Source: Octopus sinensis
Lineage: Eukaryota
DNA length: 64,000 nt
NCBI RefSeq assembly: GCF_006345805.1
Contig: NC_042998.1
Location: 2,046,001 to 2,110,000, forward strand
Direction: 5' to 3'
Both the position numbers and the translations under genes were made by a program. This document shows, in pieces, positions 53,596 through 64,000 of this stretch (position 1 is its first letter; each line of letters opens with the position of its first letter). The notes below the pieces were generated by a model that worked only from the letters and a program-made list of their open reading frames with translations, had not been told where the DNA came from and ran no database searches.

Positions 53596-54194
53596 GGCAA
53601 AGTTGACCTCAGCAGAATTTGAATTTTCCTCAATATGCTAACGATTCTGCCAGCAATGCCAACTTCAGCTACACATTCATAAAAAGGAAAAAAAAAACTT
53701 AGTTTTTTAGTTAAGAAAAAAATTTCCAACAAATTATATCAAACTAGCAGCAATATGTCAAGTCTAGAATGTTCAAAATGTAGATCTGATACTCTTTACA
53801 AGTTTTACTTCCTTTCTTACAAAATAAGGAATCAAAATTACATACAGGCATGGCTGTGTGGTTAAGAAGTTTGCTTTGCAATCATGTGATTTTAGGTTCA
53901 GTCTTACTGCATGGCATTTTGGGCTAGTGTCTTCTGCTATAGTCTCAAGCCAACCAATGCTATGAGAGTGAAAATGGTAGACAGAAACTGTATATATATA
54001 TATTATTTAATAGGCACTAGACATGTTTTATGTGCTACTAATAGTTTCTTGTGCTGAGAACAAGCCAAACAGTGTATTAGTAGCATGTAAAAACATGTAT
54101 CTATTAAATAATATTTATCTCTCACCAGATGGAGTACTTTTTTGTTGAGCTTACCATCACGGAACAGTAATTATATATATATATATATAAATAA

Positions 54195-54288
<94 letters not shown>

Positions 54289-57287
54289 GTGCTTGCTTTC
54301 CTACCAAATAGCAATTGGTGCTAGTTAGTTTACATCACTATAACTTAGTGGTTCAGTAAAATGAAACAGATGGAATAAGCACCATAGTTAAAAAATAAGT
54401 ACTAAGGTAGATTTGTTTGACAAAACCGTTCAAGGCAGTGCCCCCAGGATGGCTGCTTGGACACCTCCTTGAAGACAACTGAAACATACGAAAGAATAAA
54501 ACAATACTCTGACCAGAGATTGACAAATTACACCTGACTAACTGCAAGGTTATCTTGCTGGTCAACAAAACATTCAAGGCTATATGGCCAGCCATAACAC
54601 ACTGATGAGCTGGCAGTGTGCTGACCATCAACTAGTCTGTCTGGATATGAACCACTCTTTCCACAGTTGTAAAATGGCATTGCCAAAAGCCTATAGATGT
54701 GTCTTCTATACCTGGATAGTAGACAGTGCCATTAATATGGGGAAAGGGGCAAAATGGTGTGCTTTTGCTGCATTTTTGACTTTGAGCCAAAATATATTTT
54801 TACAAATGTTTGCTACCATACAAAAATTTAATCAGTTAAGCAAATGGTCTTTCCTAAATGCATTAAAAGCATTATAACATAATCTGATCCCTATTTCAGA
54901 AAATTATCGCCGTTCTCTTTGAGCATATAAAAGACTATTTGGCTGGGGCAAAATGAGTAACCCAAGATAGGTAAATTTACCACTTCAATTCTTCTGAAAA
55001 CAAATTCATACACATCAGTATCTATTCCTAAATATCAGACAGATCAGAAATGCAAAAACAATTTTAATGTCTAGGTTAAATAAAAGAAGATTAGGGAAAA
55101 TGGCACATGATGAAATTAAAGAAACTTGACTAAAAAAACTCAACATAAAATATTATCTATAGCTTTTCCACGATCTGTTGGAGCGTTCTCTTCAATATAT
55201 ATTTACTTACGATGCAGTTAAAAAGAAGAAATCATTGAAATTAGACATTACTCATTTTACCCCATTTTAGACATCATTTTTGAAACTTGAAAATTATCAT
55301 TAGTGTGGGAGAAAAATTGGTTTGGAATCCAACAGAAAAAACAAAATTGATTGTTAAACACTAAAATTTATCCAGATATTTAATTACCGACTTCAATTAC
55401 AATCGAGTCAAAATTGAGGAAAAATTTCTTGGAAAAAGAGGACCTGCCACCTGACTATGTTTTAGACTCTTTCAACTTCGACAACAACTATGATGACCAG
55501 TTTTTACTCCTAAAGATGAAGAAGCAGTACAAAATAATGATGTAATACAATGTAATGATTTCAAACAGGTTGGGAGAAAACAACGAGAAAACAGAAATTA
55601 CTCATTTTGCCACCACCATACTGAGATTGATTCAAACGACTATGTACCTTACCCGCCAAATTTGGGGGTAAGATCTGCTTGTTCCAAGTAAAATTGGTGG
55701 TGGTGAATTCCATTGAAGTCAAGCGCTACTTTCGATACTTCGAATTAAGATATTGCAAAAAATATATATTAGCGACAGAGGCGGTATTAATACCGAGAGA
55801 TAATATCTGTTCCCACTTAAACGTAGACGTTCTGTAAGAGTGCGGCAGATCCCAAACAATGAGAGAAACTCTCATATTAGCTTTTGGTGCAAATGCACTC
55901 TTATAGGGAGACTTATCTCCCCGCTCGCGATATAAACAAAAGTGCATTTTACACCAAAACCCAATGTTAAAGTTTTTCACATGGTATATACCGCAGTATA
56001 ATTTGTTCTAACGGAATGTCCACTATTAAGTGGAAATAAATAATAATAATATAATGAAATTATTGTATACAGTGCTCAGGTGCACCACAACTTGTCAAAA
56101 GTGCGTATAAAGCATATGCAGTAATGTACAAATGTCTGGAAAGTGAACAGTGTATATGAGTCAGATACATGCTTGGGTGTGTATGGAGGGGAGAAAATCA
56201 GGTGTAGTGTTGGTGAATCTCAGGAAGCATGGAAGTTTTGAAGGATGCAGTGCTCCGACAACTAACAACTGATGCTGGCAGTTTGTTCCATGCTTCAGCA
56301 ACTCTTAGCATGAAAAAATGTTTCCGAAAGTCATGGAAGGAGCTGTGCTGTTTTCTGACTTTGTAAACATGTCCACGCTGGTTTCCTGGGTTACAGTTAT
56401 GACGACCCCAGTGATATTTTCGAAACTTTTCACGTAATCTTTGGATGGAGGCCTCTAAAATACATATCTTAATCCGCTACTCGTTTCATACGTAAAAATT
56501 CAACGAGTGCAATCTCCCCCATCCTTCACGAGGACCTATTTTTTGCCGTGTTTCGAACGATGAATTTGCCATAAATCGAGTCCCGGACGTAATGTAATTA
56601 AAATATTTAATTTTGTTTATCTCAGGGCTGAATCCAAATCTTACCTGGATCGAATGTCTTTCGTCCGATTGAGGTCAATAAAATTAATACCTTTTGTACA
56701 CCTTTATTTAAATCAATCAACTATTCTCTATTTGTACACAAATCGAAGTAAATAAAAACGTGACATTTCTTAATAAATACGGAGGCTAAAGTTGGGAGGG
56801 TTGCTATTAATGAAAAATCGTAAAATACGCCTAATTTCGAAGTTAATAGAAATGTATCCTCTTATATTGACCCTAAACATTTTCACTAACAACAAACGAA
56901 GGCGTTAGTATATAAACAAATCAAGAAGTGTTGTGTTCATCTTATTTTTAGTTATCCATCATCGTCAGTCATCCACTTGCTACATATAACTATATTTTTA
57001 ACGAATGCCTTCCAACACACCGACTCATGATGCGTCTCTGATGTTGTTATTGAGAGACCTTGATCAGGTTACAAATGCAAATATACGATGCAAGGTGTTA
57101 TCAAAAACGAAAAGAAAAAAGTGTGCATAGACACATAACCAGAAAAAACTTCAACAACTATAACAAAAACATTAATAATTTAAATTTAAAGAAAAAGATC
57201 TGGAGTGCAATAGATAAATAAAGATATATATACCATTCTTGGTGCCCATCTCGAAAGTGCAAGTCTTGCCAACGCCATCGCATTCAT
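46036..57287 (-). CDS. MCEE: Methylmalonyl-CoA epimerase, mitochondrial; 6 coding exons, 170 aa
   Basis: complement(join(46036..46188,49354..49440,50019..50078,53105..53212,53306..53356,57234..57287)) = 513 nt, all introns GT-AG and phase 0. VOC-fold metal ligands are intact: LNHIAIAV, KIELL, GGMHHICIE, LLEFEQ. The C-terminal IGAHGKPVIFVHPKD is diagnostic. Confidence 0.93.
46520..48920 (+). mobile_element. Degenerate RTE-clade LINE (APE endonuclease, RT and PHD-like finger) in MCEE intron 5
   Basis: APE motifs KQEVRW, SAYAPQ and GDFNGH. RT motifs NYRSIKLL, EKAFD and LYADDL (about 48532-48549). Cys-rich CSIC...CTQC...HKTC...CSRC. Several stops and frameshifts. Confidence 0.92.
49354..49440 (-). 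CDS. MCEE: MCEE exon 5 (LLYPLGKKSPISNFLEKNKNGGMHHICIE)
   Basis: Acceptor ctttccag, donor GAG|gtattt. Confidence 0.95.
50019..50078 (-). CDS. MCEE: MCEE exon 4 (DLPEHGVSTVFVELGETKIE)
   Basis: Acceptor tctttcag, donor GAG|gtatat. Contains the LPEHGV motif. Confidence 0.95.
51700..52494 (+). mobile_element. Helitron RepHel N-terminal coding relic in MCEE intron 3
   Basis: ORF 52030-52494 has CSFCNAKKW..E...CCANGKV, FLNNIQKYNCAFQMTSFG and GQIYHRIGSL...PQFLQLYF. It is preceded by degenerate Arg/Ala-rich repeats. Confidence 0.85.
53105..53212 (-). CDS. MCEE: MCEE exon 3 (DWNIGKLNHIAIAVTDLNKAVALYKDVLGAKVSSKM)
   Basis: Acceptor ttgtag, donor ATG|gtaagt. Encodes the first metal-binding His. Confidence 0.95.
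53306..53356 (-). CDS. MCEE: MCEE exon 2, 51 nt (NFTVPNRYFQKNSTQMK)
   Basis: Acceptor ttattttccag, donor AAG|gtattg. Open in the frame required by exon 3, followed by a 93-nt intron. Confidence 0.75.
53845..54455 (+). mobile_element. SINE family C split by an expanded (TA)n
   Basis: Head at 53845-53990, tail at 54290-54455. Confidence 0.65.
56040..56376 (-). mobile_element. CR1-type LINE 3' end, copy 2 (MCEE intron 1)
   Basis: Highly similar to 19245-19580 over about 330 bp. Confidence 0.8.
57234..57287 (-). CDS. MCEE: MCEE exon 1, mitochondrial presequence (MNAMALARLALSRWAPRM)
   Basis: Arg/Leu/Ala-rich peptide with no acidic residues. Phase-0 donor ATG|gtatat, the same gtatat donor as exon 4. 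Alternative ATG at 57278. Confidence 0.75.
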
Positions 57288-57515
57288 CGATACCAACGCT
57301 AAGGGAGGTCACTCCTAATTTCACTTCGGTTAAATTAATTGCGTTTCTGTTTCTGTAGCACCGAGCAGTTTAAATTCAACAGAATGCAGACAGGTCGATC
57401 ATTGATCGGCACAAGCGATTTATTCCTGATATGCTATATGCAAGCCTAATTCAGAATAATGAAATACTTTTGCTCAACTGTTCTGGTTTTGTATTTATCC
57501 AATAGTATCAGAAAA

Positions 57516-57516
<1 letters not shown>

Positions 57517-57546
<30 letters not shown>

Positions 57547-57642
57547 TATATAAATAAGTGTATGTATATATATGTGTATTTAGCTCCCTGTGGGCAATAT
57601 ATATATATATATATACACACACGTATACATCTATATATATGA

Positions 57643-57725
<83 letters not shown>

Positions 57726-57726
57726 G

Positions 57727-57761
<35 letters not shown>

Positions 57762-57815
57762 TTATATATATATATATTTATTTATATATTTATATATATA
57801 TATATATATATATAC
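57517..57815. repeat. (TG)n/(TA)n microsatellite
   Basis: Direct reading. Confidence 0.95.
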
Positions 57816-58204
57816 AAATTGAGATAGGGGTTGTAAATGCAACCCTCCATGGGATAACATATATCCAATATACTGCTAGTGAAGTACCCAACAAAGTTAA
57901 TACATAAATGTTAAGAATTGCGATGCAATTAATTCATTTACTGTATTATATGGGCAAAGGTAAAATGTTTTACCACAAATTCATAATACAAAATAAGAAA
58001 ATGGAGAAATACATCCAAATCAAATATCAATTTCCAGATAATACCCAATCACATACTTTATTAAACCACCACATAAGAAACTTTAAGGTCAAACATAATA
58101 ATATAGAACAAAACAGTGTACGTGAAGGAGTAATATGATACAGTAAGTACAATATGTATAAGAGAATATAAATATAAATAAATATAAATATAAATATAAA
58201 CTAC

Positions 58205-58331
58205 ATCTTACAGCTGTTTCGGCCATGCAGATAAGCATGTCTCATTTTACTCATATTAGCCATGTGTGGTAGGTCAAAATGTAGTTATAAATGAGACATT
58301 TACAAAAATATCCTAAGGCCTCTTCGGAGAT
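58205..58331 (-). ncRNA. Minimal hammerhead-ribozyme fold, CCGAAGA core with a long helix II insert
   Basis: ATCT-CCGAAGA-GGCC...GGCC-GAA-ACAGCTGT-A-AGAT. Palindromic helix III, GUA triplet. The insert contains its own ATGTCTCATTT/AAATGAGACAT hairpin. Confidence 0.6.
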
Positions 58332-58901
58332 TATGAAATACAAACCAAATTACATATACACTCATATAAGTGTGGGTACATACCCATAATAAATCATATA
58401 CATATACATATGAGTGCATATACTTATACTCCTATACATATACATATACACATACATGATAATATAAATAATATAAATCAATAAACATACATATGTTCCA
58501 TATTCAATGTTATAGTTTTTCAACTTAATATTGTGATATCACAATGTAGAAAAACATACACATATTAATACCCAAATGCAGATATACAGAGTCAAGAGTA
58601 CATTATATTAATTTATTTTAATTTACAAAATGTCATTAATGTTAACATCATTACCACTAATGCTACCAATATTATTATTCTTATTATTAATAACACCAAT
58701 ACTAGCAAAACAATATATAGATCCCATTATTAGCGATATAATAGCAAAACCAAGGACCACAATAGTACTAAAGTACCATGCAAAGCATTAAATATCTGTA
58801 TATACATACAAAATGAGAAATAAAAGCATTCGGTTTACATGATATTAAGATCATCTGGTAGTTGATATTTGATTTGGATGTATTTCTCCATTTTCTTATT
58901 T

Positions 58902-58902
<1 letters not shown>

Positions 58903-58937
<35 letters not shown>

Positions 58938-58949
58938 AATATATGCATG

Positions 58950-58983
<34 letters not shown>

Positions 58984-59150
58984 TGTATGTATGTATGTAT
59001 ATATATATATATATATGTGTGTGTGTGCATATGTATGTATGTATATAAATGATATACATATATATATATAGATAATATAAATAATATATAAGTATATGCA
59101 TATATACATACATATCTGTACATACCTACATATATATGTATATATACATG
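58903..59150. repeat. (TA)n/(TATG)n microsatellite
   Basis: Direct reading. Confidence 0.95.
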
Positions 59151-59429
59151 CATATATGGGTACAAGACATAAAAAAAACGTTGAACATAATGAGAAACGC
59201 AAACATAAAAACAAAAACATAGAAAACGAACTATTTTTCAAACAACGAAAAAAACAAACAGAGAAACGAGACATACAACATAAAGAATATTCTCCTTCTT
59301 CAGTTGTCTCTGTTTCATCTACTCCACGTTTCGAAGGCATGGACAATACACGACTTCGTTGAAACAGTCCTTCCCGCAAAGCAAATTAAATAAAATTTAG
59401 GATTTTTTGCAGAAGGTGAAAGTGATAAC

Positions 59430-60020
59430 AAGAACAAGCATGTCCTCCATTCATAGCTTGTCCTGGTGTTCATAATAATTTTTCTATTGTCTTGGCTTAA
59501 TGGCCCTCACCGTTTGTTTTTACTGTCTTGTTCTCACTGTTCTGACCTTTCCACATTTGCATATATCATTCTCTGAGATGGTTCATCTTACTAGATTTAC
59601 ATGTGATGGCAAAAGATCACAGGATGAACGAATCAGAAAACTTATCCTAGATGTGGTCCACCTCCATAACTCATCCCAACTTATTTTCCTCTCAACAACA
59701 TCTTCCTCCCATCTCATCATCTGTCCTTGTTGAATGCAGTGGATCAAATGAAACTCTCTTCTCTCTGCTTCCCTCATTTTGATGCTGTTGCTAACAACAG
59801 ATCTGCATTCACTCTGCATCATACTTGCAAATGGTCTAAACTGATCTGCACCAAAACCAAGTCCCTTCCGATGAACTTGCATTGCACCCACCATATCTCG
59901 GTGTGCAAGAGAAGACAGAACGTCGTCAGTTTCTGCTTTCCACTTCTTGGCCGTTTTCACATCTGGTCGATTACACTTGATTTCCATCTCCTTCAACTCT
60001 CTCAGCATCATCATCACCAT
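59430..60020 (-). mobile_element. Hero-clade-like LINE relic (C-terminal region)
   Basis: KWKA...HRDMVG...GLG...QGQMMRWE...RKISWDELW...FLIRSSCDLLPSHVNLVR*, then ICKCGK (zinc-knuckle remnant) after the stop. Confidence 0.65.
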
Positions 60021-62602
60021 TAGTACCTTCCCCAGTTCAATATCTGAAGTAGGCCTAGCTACTTTCTAATGAACACATTACATTTTTGTTCCTGTGACAA
60101 TGCTACCTCGTATGTTAAAAGTGTCCACATCGACAAAGAATCCATAAATTAGAAAAAATAAGCACTTGTATATTTATCAATAGAGTGGGTACATTAATCG
60201 AAGTGTTCAGTATTATACATCCATCGTGGCTGATCTTACCAATCAGTTTCGCACTGGGGGTTCAACAACGTGTTTAGATAACAGCTGATTATGTAACCTT
60301 GCACTCTTCAGAGATGGTAGTTATGGAAAGACATGTGCCAACTGCTCTCTATTGTTGGAGGTGAAAAGTCACATCCAGTTTGTAATTGCTGTGAAAAAAA
60401 AAACAACGAAATGAACTGAGCAAGTTTAAGTTAAAAGTTATGTCCTTTGGCACCAAAACACAGACTCTGGTAGTGTTGCAAGCTGACAAGAGTTTTCTGG
60501 AAAAGTGTGTATGTTTGTTTAGGATTAGTGTTCTAGTAGGGTTGGAATGTACACTGTGGTACAATATGTGTAGCATTTTCAGAGGAAAGTGCCCAAAGGG
60601 TGCATCCTAAGCATCTGTGTTTTTGTATGTTTTCTGCTTATGTTTTGGCTAAATTCCTTGGAGAGTTTATGCAGGTATGGAGTGTATGTAGGGGTACTAT
60701 ATGTGTGGAAGCTTATATTGAGGGTGGACAGCAGAGAAGACCCAATAGATTCTTTTCCACCCACCCATCCCCAATATAAGCCCCCATGCATATAGTACCA
60801 CTACACACACTCCATAGCTACATAAATACTCCAAAGAACTCACAGCAACACAATGTTTTTGGTAGGTTTGCATTACCTCCCATGTAGGGAGTTCAAATTC
60901 TGCCAAGATCAACTTTGCCTATCCTCTTTTCAGTATCAATTGAGCATTAGGGTCAATGTAATTAACTAATCTCTCCCCTAAAATTGCTGGTCATGTGCCA
61001 AAATTTGAAACCATTTTAAAAAAGCAGGTGTAAAACAGGTAAAAATAAATTCTAATTACAAGAGGCACATGAAATGTGAATAAACTACCTTTGTATTTGA
61101 TATAAATGAATAGTTAGCAAATGATTTTATCTAAAACATTGAAATCATGATAAAATTATTTATATTCTTAAATTTATTTTACTGAAACAACAAGGGTATT
61201 AGTAACATAAATGACATAATACTGACCTCAGTCAGAAATAAAGTATTAGGTCATAGACGTGGCTTACGTAGAACTTATCTTTACAATATTTGAATATTTA
61301 TACATTAGAAAACAGACTGATAAAAAGATGTTCCTTCAACCTACATTGATAATCAGCCAGTCAATTACACATAAAATTATTTATAGAATATTGTTGAATG
61401 GTACAGAGTACAAAATAGTAACCTAACATGCAGAGACCTTGAGCAGGTCTCACTTCCCAGCTGAAGCTATTTCACATTCCTTCCATGGAATAAACGATAT
61501 CCAGGTGGATTCTGTGAATCTATGAATTTCCACCTAGTTAAAAGAAAGTAATTTGAAATATTGTTTAGTCATTGATATCTCTGGAAAAACCTGGAAAAAA
61601 ACTTCCTTGGATAGAGATGTATATACAAATTGTAACACATTGATCTCCAATGCATATTGCAACTGAAAATGCATCTATAAGATTTAATATTTATGAAGTT
61701 CTTTATGTTACAACAAGAGATTTTAATATCCATGTAGTTGCATACGCTCAAGCTTTGATTAAGCCTGGATAATTGAACTAATTAGGCTTTCCAATGAAAT
61801 CCAGCTTTTGGTGTAAACCAAGGGTCTCCAAAGTGGTGATATCAATCCCTGGGAGTTGATGTAACTACTCAGGGTGTTGATAAATGCCTCGGTGTCAATT
61901 GAACTTTTGGGGTCAAAAGCTGATATTTGTATAAGAATTAAAAATACACAAAATACAACTTTCTGATATATATATTGCTGACCATCCAATGTAGTTGGTG
62001 CACATAGAAACTTACAGTCCCAGAGACAGCAGCATCAAACATTGCAGAGACAGAACGGTGAAGGGTAAACATATGAACATGCAAAAACATTCCAACCATG
62101 ACACAAACAGAAAGCTAATTCTTTTTCAGAAAGGGATCAGCTGATAAACTCCACTATATAACTAATATACATTTCTGATGCAACAGAGTTAGAAAGTGTG
62201 ACCATGAGATACTGAATCCAACTTGCTATTCTATTGTTTAGGAAAATTCAAATGCCTGAGAATATAGAATATTGTTATCAATTCAAGAATAAATTAATTT
62301 AAAGAAATACAGATGAGTTTTTTTTAATTATTTATTCCAAAGTCATAAACACAAAATTTATTAGAAAACAAAGTGGATTGTCTAGAGTTGAAAGTCATCT
62401 TTACAACAGGATCAATTAGAAGTGTGTGTGTGTGTGTGTGTGTGTGTAACTTTTGCAGCATATTGCATTAGTACACTTTTCAAGTTTCTCACTCAGTAAC
62501 AAAAAAAAATCAACATTAGAAAGACTTTGAAGTTACAAAACAAGTCATTTTTGTAAGTATACACGTGATTAATCAGTATTAGAAGTAACTATATTTTGGT
62601 AA

Positions 62603-62859
62603 CTAATTAAGAAATTGCCACATGATATTATTAACAATTTCTGGTCGGTCCAGTTGAACAAAATGTGTAGCATCTTCGATGTATTTTATCAAAAGATTAT
62701 TAACATATTTACTACATTCTGCAGCCATTTCATGGTTGAGGAAGGCATCTTGCTTTCCCCAAATAATAAGTACTGGCATTTTCAGAATGTTTTTAGATAG
62801 TTTTTCCTGTCTATTAAGAAAATTTGCTCTGTAATAGTTGATGGGTCCTGTGATTGCTC
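62603..62859 (-). CDS. EPHX4: Epoxide hydrolase 4-like copy B, last coding exon (upstream exons lie beyond the window end)
   Basis: 257-nt exon, the same length and phase as copy A exon 6, with 22 nucleotide differences counted by eye. [11 protein letters not shown]...WGKQD...THFVQLD...QFLN*. Acceptor ttttcag is intact. Confidence 0.93.
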
Positions 62860-63713
62860 CTGAAAAGAAAAAGAACACAGATTTAGATTCATTAAGTCAC
62901 TGAAGAAAAACCTTTAAATAATGACAATAAAGCATCATTGTTGGTGCCACATATAAGGCATCTGTGTTGGTGCCATATAAAAACCAGCCAGAACTCTCTG
63001 TAATTAGGAAGGGCATCCAGCCATAGAAACCATGCCAAAACAGACAATTGGAGCCTGGGAGCCTGGACAGTTCTTCGGATGGCCAGCTCCTTTCAAACTG
63101 TCCAACCCATGCCTGCATGAAAAATGGACATTAGAGGATGATTTTTACTATGAATATCATTTAGCAACCTTAAAAACTTTACCTGTTCAGCAAACTAAGA
63201 AGTGAGAATAGCTAATTGAATACTTACTTGTAAGTAAGTGCTAAGCATAACTCTAGTTTTAGTAAATTAACACAATATATGAGGGTAAAAGCTGTGCATC
63301 TATGTATAACTAATGAATCTAACGTAAGCTTATAAAACTTGGTGCAAGTACTAAAGAATGAGTCTTACTAATACCTGTTAAATATGGTCTAAGTTGCAGA
63401 AAATAATACTATAGCAATGACAAAGTTAAAAATAAATAAAAGTTATATAGTACTAGTGAATACATCAATTACTTGTAACATTGGCCTTTGTAACACCAGA
63501 TTTCTTAGCTAGCAGTTGACTAGATACATAAATACTTATTTCATGTAAAGGTCTGAAGAAAGTCAAATGACCAGATAAAATGTAGTTATAAGATTTTTAG
63601 TAAAGCTGGAGTCCTACATCCAAATAAATTTTGGGTGAAATAAAAAGGAAATAAAAAAAATTGAAAGATAATGTTTACAAATGAAAAGACTAAATTTTAT
63701 ATGAATACACATC

Positions 63714-63939
63714 TTAACCTTTTCATTACCAACCCGGCTGAAACTGGCTCTGGCTCTGAGTACAAATGTCTTGTTTCCATAAGTTTTGAATTAAAACCTT
63801 CCACCAAACTTTAGTCACAATTTATGTTCCTGACACTAGCTTAATGATAACTAAGTTATTTTACTAAATTTGTTATATTTAGAATTAATTGAAAGAAACA
63901 CAGAGCATCCCAAAATAAATACTGTAACGAAAGGGTTAA
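63714..63939. mobile_element. piggyBac-type MITE in the last intron of copy B
   Basis: TTAA-CCTTTTC...GAAAGGG-TTAA. Confidence 0.8.
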
Positions 63940-64000
63940 TCAATGTAAAGGTTTGATTTTAAAAATATATAAAATACCCAGAAAAGTTATCCTTTTAAAT

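Noticed and set aside
56492-56766. Alternative MCEE first exons (MANSSFETRQ... at 56572-56492, MSRFYLLRF at 56766-56740, donor at 56644)
   Set aside because: These have a poor presequence, a weak donor or no in-frame ATG. The exon at 57287-57234 fits much better.

Overview
AT-rich animal genomic DNA, dense in repeats. The SINE families and (TA)n density point to Octopus, but this is an inference. Two spliced genes can be fully reconstructed. One is an EPHX3/EPHX4-family epoxide hydrolase (+, 6 exons, 6258-35063, 346 aa). The other is methylmalonyl-CoA epimerase MCEE (-, 6 exons, 57287-46036, 170 aa with a mitochondrial presequence). The last exon of a second, inverted epoxide hydrolase paralog (-, 62859-62603) is also present. 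The two hydrolase copies and their flanks form a large tail-to-tail inverted duplication bracketing MCEE. The rest is SINEs, LINE relics (CR1, RTE, CRE-like, Hero-like), Helitrons, piggyBac/hAT MITEs and microsatellites. The most unusual signal is a set of minimal type I hammerhead-ribozyme folds in five unrelated small elements, the type known from Penelope-like elements. They include a perfect 396-bp palindrome with two hammerheads, a G3:C8 core-swap variant, two C4 variants and a tRNA-headed SINE carrying a hammerhead. All folds, alignments and mismatch counts were read by eye. No ribozyme activity has been tested.
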